Shown piece by piece: positions 34,984 to 47,200 of a stretch of 64,000 bases of DNA. A program made the translations under genes and the position numbers. Under the pieces are notes generated by a model. It ran no database searches, was not told where the DNA came from, and saw only the letters and a program-made list of their open reading frames with translations. Source of the DNA: Podospora anserina (Eukaryota); assembly GCA_017654855.1 (NCBI GenBank), contig CM030335.1, forward strand, positions 1,860,001 to 1,924,000, read 5' to 3'. Numbering within the stretch: position 1 is the stretch's first letter; every line of letters begins with the position of its first letter.

Positions 34984-37491
34984 CTAATACCCAGCCCCCC
35001 TATAATAATTCCCCGCCGCATCATCCCCACCTCCAGCAACCTGCGCACTAGGCGGAACATAAGCCTTATACCTCCCCTCCCCTCCCCCTCCCCCAGCAGC
35101 GGCACCACCACCAGCACCAGCAGCACCCTCCCCAGTCCGACTAGGTAACCCCTGCCGAGCATCAAACGCCGGCCCGCTCGGCTTCAACGGCGGAGGCGAC
35201 ATCGTGGTCACCGGCACCGCCGGCCTTGACGTGTACGGACTATCCGGCGCACCACCATATCCCTCACCTCCATACTGCCCACCCGCATTCGCAGCAGCAG
35301 CATAATAAGGATTGGTCTGCACTCCCCCGGGAACAGCCGGCGGGGGAGCACCCGGAGCACTCGGAGCACTCGGCGCACTTGGGCTGGCAGCCGCATAAGG
35401 ATCGTCGTTGTTGTTGGCGCTATAAAACGAAGCGTACGACCCGCTCGGATTATGATGCGCCGCAACAGGCGAGTCATAAACCGAGGTGGACAACTCCTGC
35501 GGCCCCCCATAACTTTGCGGACGAGGGTTACCACCCGGGGCCCCTGTTGATGGGGACTGGTAAGCCGTGTACTGCCCCTGAGGAGGAGGCGACACAGAAG
35601 TCTGGATCGGGGCCGGCTGCTGCCCGCTAGACGGCACCCTCTGTTCGTTCGGACGTTGAGGGTATCCCTGCTGCTGCTGTGGCGCTTGCTGCTGCTGAGG
35701 AGGTTGTGGTGGTGCCTGTTGCTGAGGCGCCTGTGGTGGTGCTTGATTTGGCTGGGATGGAATCTCCGCACCAGCGAAATACACCGGCGCAGGAGTTCCC
35801 GTCTGAGGAGGACGCTGGAAGTTGGGAGAAGGTGAGGATGGTGGGTATTGAGATGATTCTACTCGTATATACAAATCAGCTGTTGCTCAGTTCTAGTTTC
35901 GCGATCCCTCCTAAGCGCCAAACTCGGCCAATGCCGTACCTTGTTGAGCAGGGGCAGGAGTGTAGAATCTCTGCGGGTCTTGAGGACCAGATGGACCAGG
36001 AGCGTAGCCCTGGCCGGCAGGAGGATACCCTCCAGGAATCTGGGGGCGCATCGCGTATTGGTGATACGTGGGACCAGGAGGGTGAGACATGGACGACTCA
36101 AGCAAAGCCTCATAGTCTCTCCTAGCCTTGATGAACTTTTCATTCAGCTGCGTAAAGTCATCTGCACACCCAGTTAGCCAATCCCCATTCGAACACCCTC
36201 CTGGAATGCCATACCTTTCTTCTGAGAGTACTTCTCAATCAGCTTGATAAGCTTAGGCCGAATGGCCAACGTCTGGTGATAGAGCTTCTGTGTCGCAAAG
36301 TCAGCCTTCCACTCTCCACCCTCCAAAATCCAGCCCAACATACCGATATCTCCTCGTTATCCTCCTCCCTCGGCCCAGTATTGCTCGCACTCAACAACGT
36401 CAACAACTTCTCCACATTCTTGATCTCAGCAAACACCTCCGCCTCCATCTGCGCCTCCCTCTGCAGCTCATCCGGCGTGGGATCGGTCAACTTCTCCACA
36501 TAATTCAAGGGGAAAATGCCCGTTTTCCCCTTCAACGAACCCCTCCACCAATCCTTATACACACTCTCCAACACGGCAATCACATCCCCCTTCTTGAACT
36601 CCAACTCCCCCGGCTCCGACGGCAAGAAATCGTACAAAGCCCTCACCCTCGACACCGTCGCCGCCGTAGTCCCAGAAGCAACCGGCTGGATCGGCGCTGC
36701 CGCCTCCTGCTGCTGCTGCTGTTGTTGTTGTTGCTGACCCGCACCGGCACTCCCACTGGGGCCAGCAGCAGCCGAACTACTCCCACCAACTCCCTTCCCC
36801 TTCTTCCTCTCCTCCTCCTGCAAGCTCAGCTTGAGCGCCATCTGCAACTCCTCCTCCTCCTTCTGCCTATCCACCTCGGTCAAGCTATTCTTCTGCGGCG
36901 CGCTAGGAGGGTGCAGCGTGGGGTTGCTCTGCTTCAGGCGATAGTAAGCATCGTACATGATCCCCAGATCCGGATCAGACTTGAACATGTCGCTCCAGTC
37001 CTTCATCCTCTCCAGAATCTTCGCCTTGACTTGATTGTGCGTGTTCCGGTCATTGGCCAGTTTGAGAAGGGCATCGGTAAACGCGCGGGAGGAGAGCTCG
37101 CGGTGCATGTTCTTTCCACAGTTTTGGGAGAGGGCGTTTGCGACCTGCACAGGTAAATCATTACTTGTTAGCAAATGGGCCAAGTGTGTGTGTATGTGCG
37201 AGTAACGGAAGCAAAATTATAACCCACCTCAAGAGTATACAACTGCACATTCGCATTCCGATGAGCCAGCCTCTTAATCATGCTCTGCACCGCATCCTTG
37301 CTCCCATTGGCATCACTCGCTACCCGGTCGCAAACCTCCATGATGGCTCCCCAGTCCTCGGAAGTAAGATTCTCATCCGTGGCCTTGTCTATTGTTCACT
37401 TGGTCAGCATCCCATTTCATCAATCATGGACAGAAAAGAAAGACATACTAATGGCCTCATCATACGGCCCGGCCGCCGCCGCTCGGAACAT
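34984..37491 (-). CDS. HSE1: ESCRT-0 subunit Hse1/STAM (VHS-UIM-SH3-GAT, P/Q-rich tail). Exons 37491-37449, 37388-37228, 37144-36344, 36287-36215, 36161-35940, 35858-34984
   Basis: VHS KATDENLTSEDWG, UIM EEEELQMALKLSLQE, SH3 VRALYDF...WWRG...GIFPLNYV. Five GT-AG introns keep the frame. Confidence 0.95.
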
Positions 37492-38733
37492 GCTGGGCGA
37501 ATGTGTTGCTAAGCTTGCTATCCCTGGTAGAAAAGGCCGATGCGACTCGATCAAAAAGAAAACTCTTGTGCTATCCCGACCCTTCGGCAGAGAAAATGCG
37601 CAGTTTTTTGTCTAGGGTTGGCGGTTTCGGCGTTGCTGGTAGGTGGTGGTGAAAGGTTCCGGAAAGGAAGCTCTGACGTCGGCGTTCGATTGCTTGCTCA
37701 AGGTACAGGGACGGATAAGCTCCCCCGCTTCCCGCCCGTCAGTTCGTCGCTGTTCTTTCTGTCTGGTCTTTTGGCTCGTCTCGCCAGGAACTGGATAGTA
37801 TTGCTTTTTGCTGGAAAGACTGATATCTCAAACGGAGGATATCCTCTCTAGGTGCGGTGTGTTGATTGCACAAGGTTGGTATCGATGATGATCAGAGGTC
37901 AAGCAAGGTTCAAGGTCAAGTGGGCAGTGCGCATGTGCCGCGTGGTTGGTCAGGCCTCCCACCAAGAGCATGGTATGGTTACGTAAATACTGCCGCGCAC
38001 TGCACGCTAACCAGCAGCATCACATGTAAGATACAGTAAAAGCCGTAACAACAGCCGCCGCTTCAACTTGCCGCCCCCCCATTGCGTATGCAGCTTGCGC
38101 AGCCACGAAGAGAAAACTCCATCCTGGCCGACAGCTCTTGGACATGTCAAGCTAGCACATGGCAGATTTCCTCTCGAGGTGTCTTGGCCAAAAGCCAGAC
38201 TCCTACCATTCTCTATCGCTCATACATAATCAAGGAAGCAACAATATCAAATCAGATGAACCATGAGGAACAACGTAAAATTGGGAGCTATGTCCACACA
38301 CACACACACACACACAACCTCCCCCACCAGATCATATACAATACAAGAATAGAAATATATGGTGTATACAAATGCCATTTGTAAATACACCTCATGCTGA
38401 TGCTCCATGCATCCTCCATCTCTATCGCTTCCAAACATCCATGTGCTCGCTCCGATGCTATGCCGTTCCTCTTCTTGCTGTCTGTTTGGTTTTCACAATC
38501 TCTTTGCCACCCACCAATCCCAACCTCACCAATCCCCTATATCCCTAGCATCTCATTCTTTCTGGAAACATAACTCAAAACAAACCAAACCCGCATGTTA
38601 AAAAGCAATCGCTCGCTGTTGTTCCTGTCCTGATCCCCTTAGTCCCCCATAACATACAATCCACTTTGCAACGCCAGAGAAACAAAAAGGTAGCCCACAG
38701 TTGACATGAACAATCAAACAACCCAAGAAAGGA

Positions 38734-41539
38734 TCATGACCATCCTTTCCTCAAAACTCCTCGCAACCCCGGTTCCCGTTCATTACTTCCGTCCTCTAGG
38801 CTCCTCCTCCCAGGTCCCAATTCACTCAGTTCAAAGAGCAACGGCTCTTCCGTCGGACCATCCACACTGGTGCCCAGCCTCGCCGATGAAAATGAGTTTG
38901 GCCTATTCGTCCTGACGGGATATCGCACGCCCCGACCACCGAAAGGACTGGCGATAGCCGCCGGCGGCACATCTCCTAGACTCTCACTCCCATCCTTGTT
39001 TCCCGCGCTACTGCCTTCTGCCGCAGTAGAACTCTGCCCGCCTGCACCTCCCTGATAGGCAAGCAGCGTGCTCAATGTCGGTACATCCTTGTCTGCACCC
39101 GCCTCAACACTGGCGCTGCGCTGGCCAGGATACGAATCCACATCAGCCGCCAGTGAACGGTGCTGCTGCACCACCGAGCTAGATCGCCGGTTCGGGTTGC
39201 CCACATGGTACAACCTGGGCGATAGCGGAATGTCAATAGCACCCGTGCCTCGCCCGCCCTCCTGCGCGACAGGAGTCTCCATATTTTCGGCTTCGTCTTC
39301 CTCGGCAACAGTGACACCAGAACTCCTACCAGCACGGCGGGTCACCTGCCCCTGAGCTTGATAATCAATAATAGAATTCTCACTCAGCCGAGACGGAATC
39401 GCTGGCGTGTGAGGGGTGTGTGGCGAGAGTGGCTTGCCAGGAGAGGTAGACGTCGACATGGAAGCCGGGTTTGCCATGCTGGGCACGTTGCCGAGTTGGC
39501 GGCTTGACGTGCTGGAAGAACGCTGCAGATGCATCGACGACGCCATCGAGTCTGTCAGGGCATTGTTCGTTTCCCGCATCATCTGATACTTGGACAGCTG
39601 GTTGGCCGTCCTCTTGGAGGCCGAGGACTCGCCCTTGCTGTTGACCTCGAAGCTTTTGAGCGTCTTGTGGCTGTCTAGGGCCTTGAGAAATTCCGAGATG
39701 TTATCGTCATCAGTCACAAAAGAACCCGAGCTGGCGATACCTCCGGCTTCGGTTAGAAGGCCCGATCCAGGTTGAGCGGATGATGACAAGCTCTGCTTCC
39801 CGCTGCTGGCCTGATCGTCATCGCCCCTGCTCTGCCCGCCAAATGAAAGGCGCCCTCGTCGGTGAGTAAAGCTGCTGCTGTACCGGTTCCCAGGCTTGGG
39901 CGATCCCGACACCACAGGTACGTCCTGTGGAGGTACAGAGGGACCCCGCAATGATGCAGCCATTCCGGCTGTCAGCGATGATCGATTGCCAGACCGACTA
40001 AACTGGCTGAGTCCTGACGGGCGCGATAGTGATTGCGGGGACGGTGGCACGTCTGCATCCGCAAGTCTGGGAGAGCCTGAAACTGAGCCAGCTTTGAACG
40101 GCTGGAAAGAAACGGATGGCCTCCGAGAGCCTTCCTCCCCAGTTCTCAACGGAGGTCGGGTCAGAGCGCCACGGATAGGTAATGAATGTGGCGCACTTGG
40201 CCGCTCCACGCTGGCTGAAGTAGACTCTGATGGGGAGCTCGTGTCGGACCCAATAGGGCGGACCTGTCTCAGTGCAGTGATGGGGCTTGTTCCCAGCGCC
40301 CCTTCGCCATGGAAGGTGGACAGACTGCCATACGTCTGCTGGGGCCCCGGCGTTTCGCGACCGAGCCTGTGAGCTGGGAGCGAGCCCGGCTCGGCATACG
40401 AGTCCGATCTTCCATGCCTGCGTGACCGGTGCTGGATGGTTGGCCTAAAGAAGTTCTCCTCCACCATGAAGCGCGAGCTCAGCAACGATTCTGAAGCGTC
40501 TACCCGAAAGTTGCAATCGTTTCGATAAGTGACCGAGGCGGAAAATCGGCCCACGGGGATGTCAAGATCTCCAAAATCATATGTGGTCACCGCCTCCCTC
40601 CCATCTCCCTCGTGGAGTGGCTGTCGTAATGGGTCATATGTGGTGAGATACTCGGGCTCTGCAGTCGACACCCGACACTTGACTTGCAGTGCCGGATGGA
40701 CTCCCTTGGCGAGCGCTTGTTGCGAGTACTTCCAGCAGGGCGTGACGCGTGTTGCCACAAAAAGTGTGCGAAAGAACATGATGGCCCTCTTGTATAATGT
40801 CGGTAATGTCGGGGCAAAATCGCCAAGGCCGTTTGTTGATAAATCTTTGAGCTCGATCGCCCACCGCTCCAGGACGACCTCGGTATTCTGCGCTCGCGGT
40901 CGTCGGCTTCCAAATCCATCGTCACTTGTTTCTGAAGGATTCAGGGCTTCCAAAACATCCCACCTCTTTCCGTTGTCGTCGATGAGCACCAGGCTCTGGC
41001 TGCTATTTAAGCTGGAGGCATCGATGTACGTCTCGATGACTAGGGGCGGCGGAGGGCTCTCGAACGAGCCGGACGTCTTGTATACTCGAAGTTCATGCCG
41101 AAAATCGTCGGTATCGTCAGTGTCTATAGAAAACTGGTTGCCGTCAGCGGGAGTATATCACATGCAAAACAACCTGTCCGGCCGTAACTTACCCATTTGT
41201 TCACGACCTTGGTCCCATCGGCGTTCCGGCGGGAAGTCGGCCCAAGGTTCACGCGAGACCCTAGAATGAGCACAGCGGCTTTGAGGTAGAAGTTCTGTCA
41301 TGATGTCAGCCTTGTCCTGTCCTCCCCTTTCCACACCCACGTACCTGGATGATCTGGTCCAGCTTCTTGATGGTCTCCCGGGGGGTATCGGCGCCAGAAG
41401 ATGCCGGAGGACTGCCCGGGGCTGCAGCGTCCGAGCCGGTGCGGATGCGGTCCCTCGGGTTGTTGGTACGTGTGGGGTTTGTCTGGGGAGAAGATGCGGG
41501 GGAGGACACCCGGGGCGGGTGACGGGATTGTTGATGCAT
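38734..41539 (-). CDS. ATG13: Autophagy protein Atg13 (N-terminal HORMA domain, long Ser/Pro-rich disordered region). Exons 41539-41345, 41294-41193, 41133-38734
   Basis: KKLDQIIQNFYLK, KWFSIDTDD, VVLERWAIEL, LPTLYKRAIMFFRTL, SVTYRNDCNFRV, DDNISEFLKALD. Introns are GT-AG with branch sites. Confidence 0.92.
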
Positions 41540-44292
41540 TGCTGCGGCTAAGGATGGAGGTTGGGGTCGGGACAATGGCCTTTACATCGGTACGAGGATA
41601 TTGTATAGTAGGTAGGTAGGTAGGTTGTTGATGTGTTGTAATGTTGCAGGATGGCTATCGAGAAACAAGTCAAGGTCAAGCAAGTGGTGCCGAGTGGTGT
41701 TTGTCAAGAAGTTCGGATCGGGACAGATGTGGAGGTGGATAATGGATGGTGGATGGGTGGATGTTTAGGTGGGAGGGTTCCAGCGGGTGTTTGCATCCAT
41801 CGTTTGAGGCGGCGAGATAGGTCAGGATGGGAAGTTTGAGAAAGAGGGGATGATGGCCCAAGGCGGATCTCAGGGGGAGGGGGGAGGGAGGATGCTGGTT
41901 GGCGGTGACGGTGAAGGTGACGGCGACGGCGACAAAGTGATAAGTGGTCAAGTCCCAGTCCCAAGGCAGACGGCCGGCTGAGGCTCTAGGGCTCCCCCAG
42001 TGTGGTTCCACGTAGTAGGCAACGGGAGCGTGCAGCTGCAGCTAGAGAGGCACGAAACTGTCTGTCTTTTTTTACAGAGAATGTCGTGCGCTCTTCTCCC
42101 GATAACGACAGTCACCTCAGTCACCTCAAAGTCATAAACAGACGGCGATGTCGGAAGAGAACCCACGGTTAACACGGTCGATGCGCCAGGCGATCGAGAT
42201 AAGGATTGACTCCTTCACTTGTTCCTGGCTGCATCGACCAACGTAAGCAGGCACCTCGTGGTCAAGGAACAAGGGTTCTTTAGCAGGAAGCTTAGCCCAA
42301 AACGGGCGCTACAACAGACTGGCAGTCGTCTGTCAAGTGCCGGCATAACGGGGAGCTTACAGCTGGCAATTTTGGTCTACCACCACCACCATCTTTCAGT
42401 CATCAGTCGATCATCGACTTTCTTTTCGGAGAGAACTCAACAAAAAGAGACAAGTGTCGCCCTCCCTTCCCCGTGACCGTTGAAACTGGTGTGCTGGTAT
42501 GTACATAGTGCAAGCCTCTCTTTCGTCATCACATCACGCAAAACCGCCAAGCACGACCAAGACGAGCGATGATGCAATGTAACTGGGTTGATTTCCTTAT
42601 CTCGTATCATCGCTCATCGGCAGGCAAATGCACCTCGCTGCCAGCCTCCCGCTCACCACCTGCCTAGAGCTAATTCTCTTGTTTTGACTTTAAAAACATT
42701 GAGATGCCTAGATCCTTTGCATATATTTTCTGCAGTCTTGGTCTTGAACTGTTCTCCGCTGACAGATAAATATCGATGGCTGGGAACTCATTCACAAGAA
42801 ACTTCAGTCACCACTGGTTCTCTCCACAGTCCAACGTGTGGCATTTAAGTCTAGGTATCAGCCTCCAACGGCTTGCAGTCTTACGGTCTAAGAAGTTGCC
42901 TGGTCACCAGTAACCTGTTGCCTCCTCTCATTCCGAACTCACCAATGACCACACAACAAGTTAAGCCTCTACCAGTCTTATCACGATATCTCTTCTCTGT
43001 GCTCTCTTTTCTCCAGGTATACAACAAAAACCCTCAGACCTCGAAACCCCAAAAGCATCCCCACCGGATTACCCCTTTCAGCCTCCGTATGGTGTGCCTG
43101 TGTCAGTCTCTGGATCAACCTCGCACTGCATTGGACACAAGACACACCTGCCTCCCCGAACCACTGGTCAATTGGACTCAACCAAGCCTTTCCACACCAC
43201 AATGTTAATTACTTCCCATGTCACACGTCACTCTTCTCTTGTCATACAGAACATAGAGAACCACCTATCGGCGATAAGGGAGATGAACCAGGCATTACTT
43301 AGCCACTCACACTTCCCAAACAACTTGCACTTTTTACCCTCGGCAAAGATAGCCCACACCCAGCAAATAGGACCTCAATCCGATCCGAGGCTGTCCGTCC
43401 TGCATACCTCCTGCTTAGTTGTCCGTACATACATACACACAAACACACACACAGCAACCCATCACATGCCAGCCTTCTCTCATGCAAAAAAACAAAGATA
43501 TGCAATGCACCACAACGTGGGATTGTCCAAACCCTGAGTGGCAATTGACAACAATTGGCATTCGGGAGAACCAGCCTAGGTAGACATTGGACAAATCAAC
43601 CTCGCAGACCTAGCATTTGATAGCTAAGCCTCATATGTAGGTAAGGTAAGGAAGATGGTCTCGGACAGCAAGAGTATATGCATAGGTAGGTATGTGTTCG
43701 GATGTGCGTGGTATAATGCTAGACTTTCCACTGAAAGCAAACCATGTTACACTCCGCGCAATTGACCAACAATTGCATACCCACGGTGCCTATCTCGGAG
43801 GGGACAAGTCACCCACCATCCACAGAGTGCAAGTGTAGATAAGATGTCCTCAAAGACGGCGCAATTCTCCATCGCCAATGAACACCGCGACCACCTAGGT
43901 ACCTAGCCATACATCAACGGCCCACCAACTGAAAGGCCATTGAAACCACGATAGGTAGGTATCAAACGGATCTCTCAACCAGGTCAGATCTCGCGACCAA
44001 TCACTTGCTGATTTGCTCACCGTGTGGAAATGTATAACTCATATGTGTGTATGTGCTGCATAGGTATCTCTCCATAGTATGTACGTACCAACGTGGCCAC
44101 CCATCAATCTGCCACATACCTCTCTTCCCCAAACCAAGATATATATATATATATATACAAGCGAAAAATGCAGCCAGAGCAGAGTAATCAAACCATGTAC
44201 AAATATTCAAGTCTTTGTTGCCACGCTCCCAAAACTCCACTTATGCGTTGCTGTTGTGCATTCAGAACCAAACACTCAACTCGTGACACCCC

Positions 44293-47200
44293 TCAGCTCC
44301 CCTCACCAACAGCTACAGCAGCCGCCGGCCCTGACGTACCCGACTGCTCCCTCCTCCCGCCTCTCCCCCTTCCCCTCCCTCTATTCTCCCTCGACGGGCC
44401 AGCACCACCACCCCCTTTCTCCCCCTTTCCACCTTCACCCCCACCACCACCACCTCTCTTCCCTCTCCCTCCTCCTCCCCCCCTAGCATTCCCCTCACCA
44501 ACCCCCCTAGCTTTATCCCCCCTCTCACCCTCACCACCACCACCCCCACCTCTCCTCCCCCTCCGTCCCCTCTTGTTACCACCCTCCTTTTTACTCCCCC
44601 CCGCCCCAACACCACCCAACCTCCTCTCCTCCTCCCTCATCCTCTTTTCCTCCGCATCCCACCACTCCTGAAACGCCTGCTCCTGCTGAATCTCCTCCAA
44701 GCTCCTCTTCGCCGCCGCCTCCTTCACGCTCTCTTTGACTCTAATCTCTTGCTGCATGATATCCTCCATCGTGAAGCCCGCCATCAAGTCCCTCTCCAGC
44801 TTGTGCGCAGGCACAATGTAATTTTTCGAGTGCGGCACCAGTGGCTCTTCCTTCTTTGCAGGAACAGCAGAAGGTTTGGGAGCGCTGGATGAAGGAGTAG
44901 AACGCTGACCCGCAAACCTCGTGTCGGGGGAGGCGTTCCTTATTGTCTGTACCGGTTTGACGGCGGGAGGGAGGAGTTGTGGTGATGGCTGAGCAGGAGG
45001 TTTAGGTCCACCCCGGCCTTTGATAGTAGCCAACTTCCACGGTGCCGCGGACGCGGACTCATCTTTGGCTCGTTCCCACGCATTCTTCGACTGCTGCTCC
45101 GCCTTCGATGCCGCCATCGCCAACTGAGCGTCCTTCTCCGCCTGCTGCTGCCTCTTCTTCTCCTTCTGGCTCATCTTTCCTTGAGCAGGCCGTGGGGCAC
45201 CCCCCTCCTTCACCTTCTGCGCCGCCAACCCCGCCGACAGCGCCGACTTGGGGCTCTCCGACTGGATGATGCCCCTCAGGTCAAGCTTCTCCGTCAACAC
45301 AGCAGCCGCACCACCCCACGGAGTCCCCGTCTTGACTGGAGTAGTACCACCTACATCCACGGGACGGGTAGCAGCAAGTGTAGGTTTTGCAGGACTAGGC
45401 GCGGAATACGGGCTGACCGGAGGCGACGACTGCTCTAGACTCATCCAGACTTTCTTCCCCTTCCCCTTCACCGAGCTCCCCAGCGGTGCGATCTTGTCCT
45501 CCGCGGGTACTTCACCAGTCTTTCGGGGTCGCAGGGAGGGACTGTTGATAGGCGAGGAATCATCCTCCTCCTCCCCCTCCATGTCAAACATCATATCCCC
45601 CTGCTCCCCCTTCGCCTTCAAATCCGGACTAAAAGGCTCATTCCTCCCCTTCCTGACCCTATCAGGCGTAGGCGTGAACAAACTCCCCTCCTCCAGACTC
45701 CCAAACTTGGTCCTCCCACTCACAACACCCATCTTCCTCTCCTCCTCCTTCTGCACCTTGAACCCCATCTCCCTAACCCTAACCTGCCTCTCCTCAAGTA
45801 CATCCTCCGCCAACCCCGCATCATCCAACTGACTGCTCAGCTGCGCCCGATAACTCGCCAGATAAGGATAATGCGCCAGCTGGTTATCCCTCACCACAGC
45901 ATCCAGCTCCAGCAACAAGTCCTCATCCAGCTCGTCAAGCAAGTGATTCTCCAGCATCGTCTCCAGCTGAAGACAAATATACTCCAACCCCGCGTCCTTG
46001 AACTCGGTAACCGAACACGGCCCAATCGCATTGAGAAAATGCGCAATATTCCTAATATTCGCAAACCGTCCCATGACCTTCTGGCATATCTGCGCCAGTC
46101 GGTCCAGCATCAAATAGTTCGCAGTCGACATGACCTCCATGACCAGATCCAAAAAGTCATCAAACGTGTCGCAAACCGCCGAGTCAAACAGCTCATCCCC
46201 CGTATCTGCGTAAAGATACTGTAACACATACCCAAACGCCGTAGAGTCCATGTGCTTCATATCAAGCCTGATGATCCTCTCCTCCTGCTGCCTACGACCA
46301 GCAAGCCACCCCCCCCCGGACCGCCCAAAGAACAAGCCCTCAAACCACGGACACCGCCTGCACAAAAACCTGCTGTGAACAGCCACCTCCGTCCCATCAA
46401 GCTCGAGCAGCGCATCCCCATCCTCAAAAAACCGCCTCCTGTCCCCCTTGAGCGCAGCCCGAAAGTCCTCATCCATGCACCTCTCCGGTTCCACCTGCAG
46501 CCTCGCCGCAGCCTCAAGGTTGTGCATTTCGAGTCGCGCGGCCAGTCTCATGACCTCCAACCGCACCTGGCGGTACCGGTACGCCAGCGCAGGAGCATGC
46601 CGCGTATAGTTCCACACCGGAACCACCCGGTCCCGGTAGGCAAAAAGCACCAGGTTCAACAGCGTGAGCAGGTCCAAGCCCTGGAGGCAAACGACCGTTT
46701 TGCTGCCGTCGTCGTCGTCCTTGTGAACGGTGAACAACTCATGTGCGTAGCTGCCCGTCCCCCGAAACTCTGACAACGCTCGTCGGAGTACCGAGCTGCG
46801 CGCAGAGAGTAACCAGCTGTGCACAGGAATCTTGAGCTCAGGGGCGGACGACACGCAAACGACCGTGTCCAATGGTTCGTTTCGGCATCCCCACGTGGCC
46901 AGGTGCTGAGCCAAGTCTCTCTCCAGATCCGGGGACCTCAAGATTTCATAAGCGATATCCCCAAGTCGTGCCTCAAGATCAGGGTTCTCCCAAAACTTCC
47001 GGCTTTCTTGCGTGGATTCCCCATCCTCAGAAGCCTCAAACCCCTCCAGACAGTTCAACGGCGCCACATCATCCCACAGAGCCTGCTCATCCACCGCCAG
47101 CTGCTGCTTCATCACCTCCGAGTCCTCCCGGATAGCAGCAAAAGCCCCATACGCAGAGGCCCGAACAGTAGCAACCTTGGTGATATAGGGGACGCGCTGG

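Noticed and set aside
41650-44280. Many short ORFs between ATG13 and the BTB gene
   Set aside because: No consistent codon bias, splice structure or motifs; treated as intergenic or UTR.
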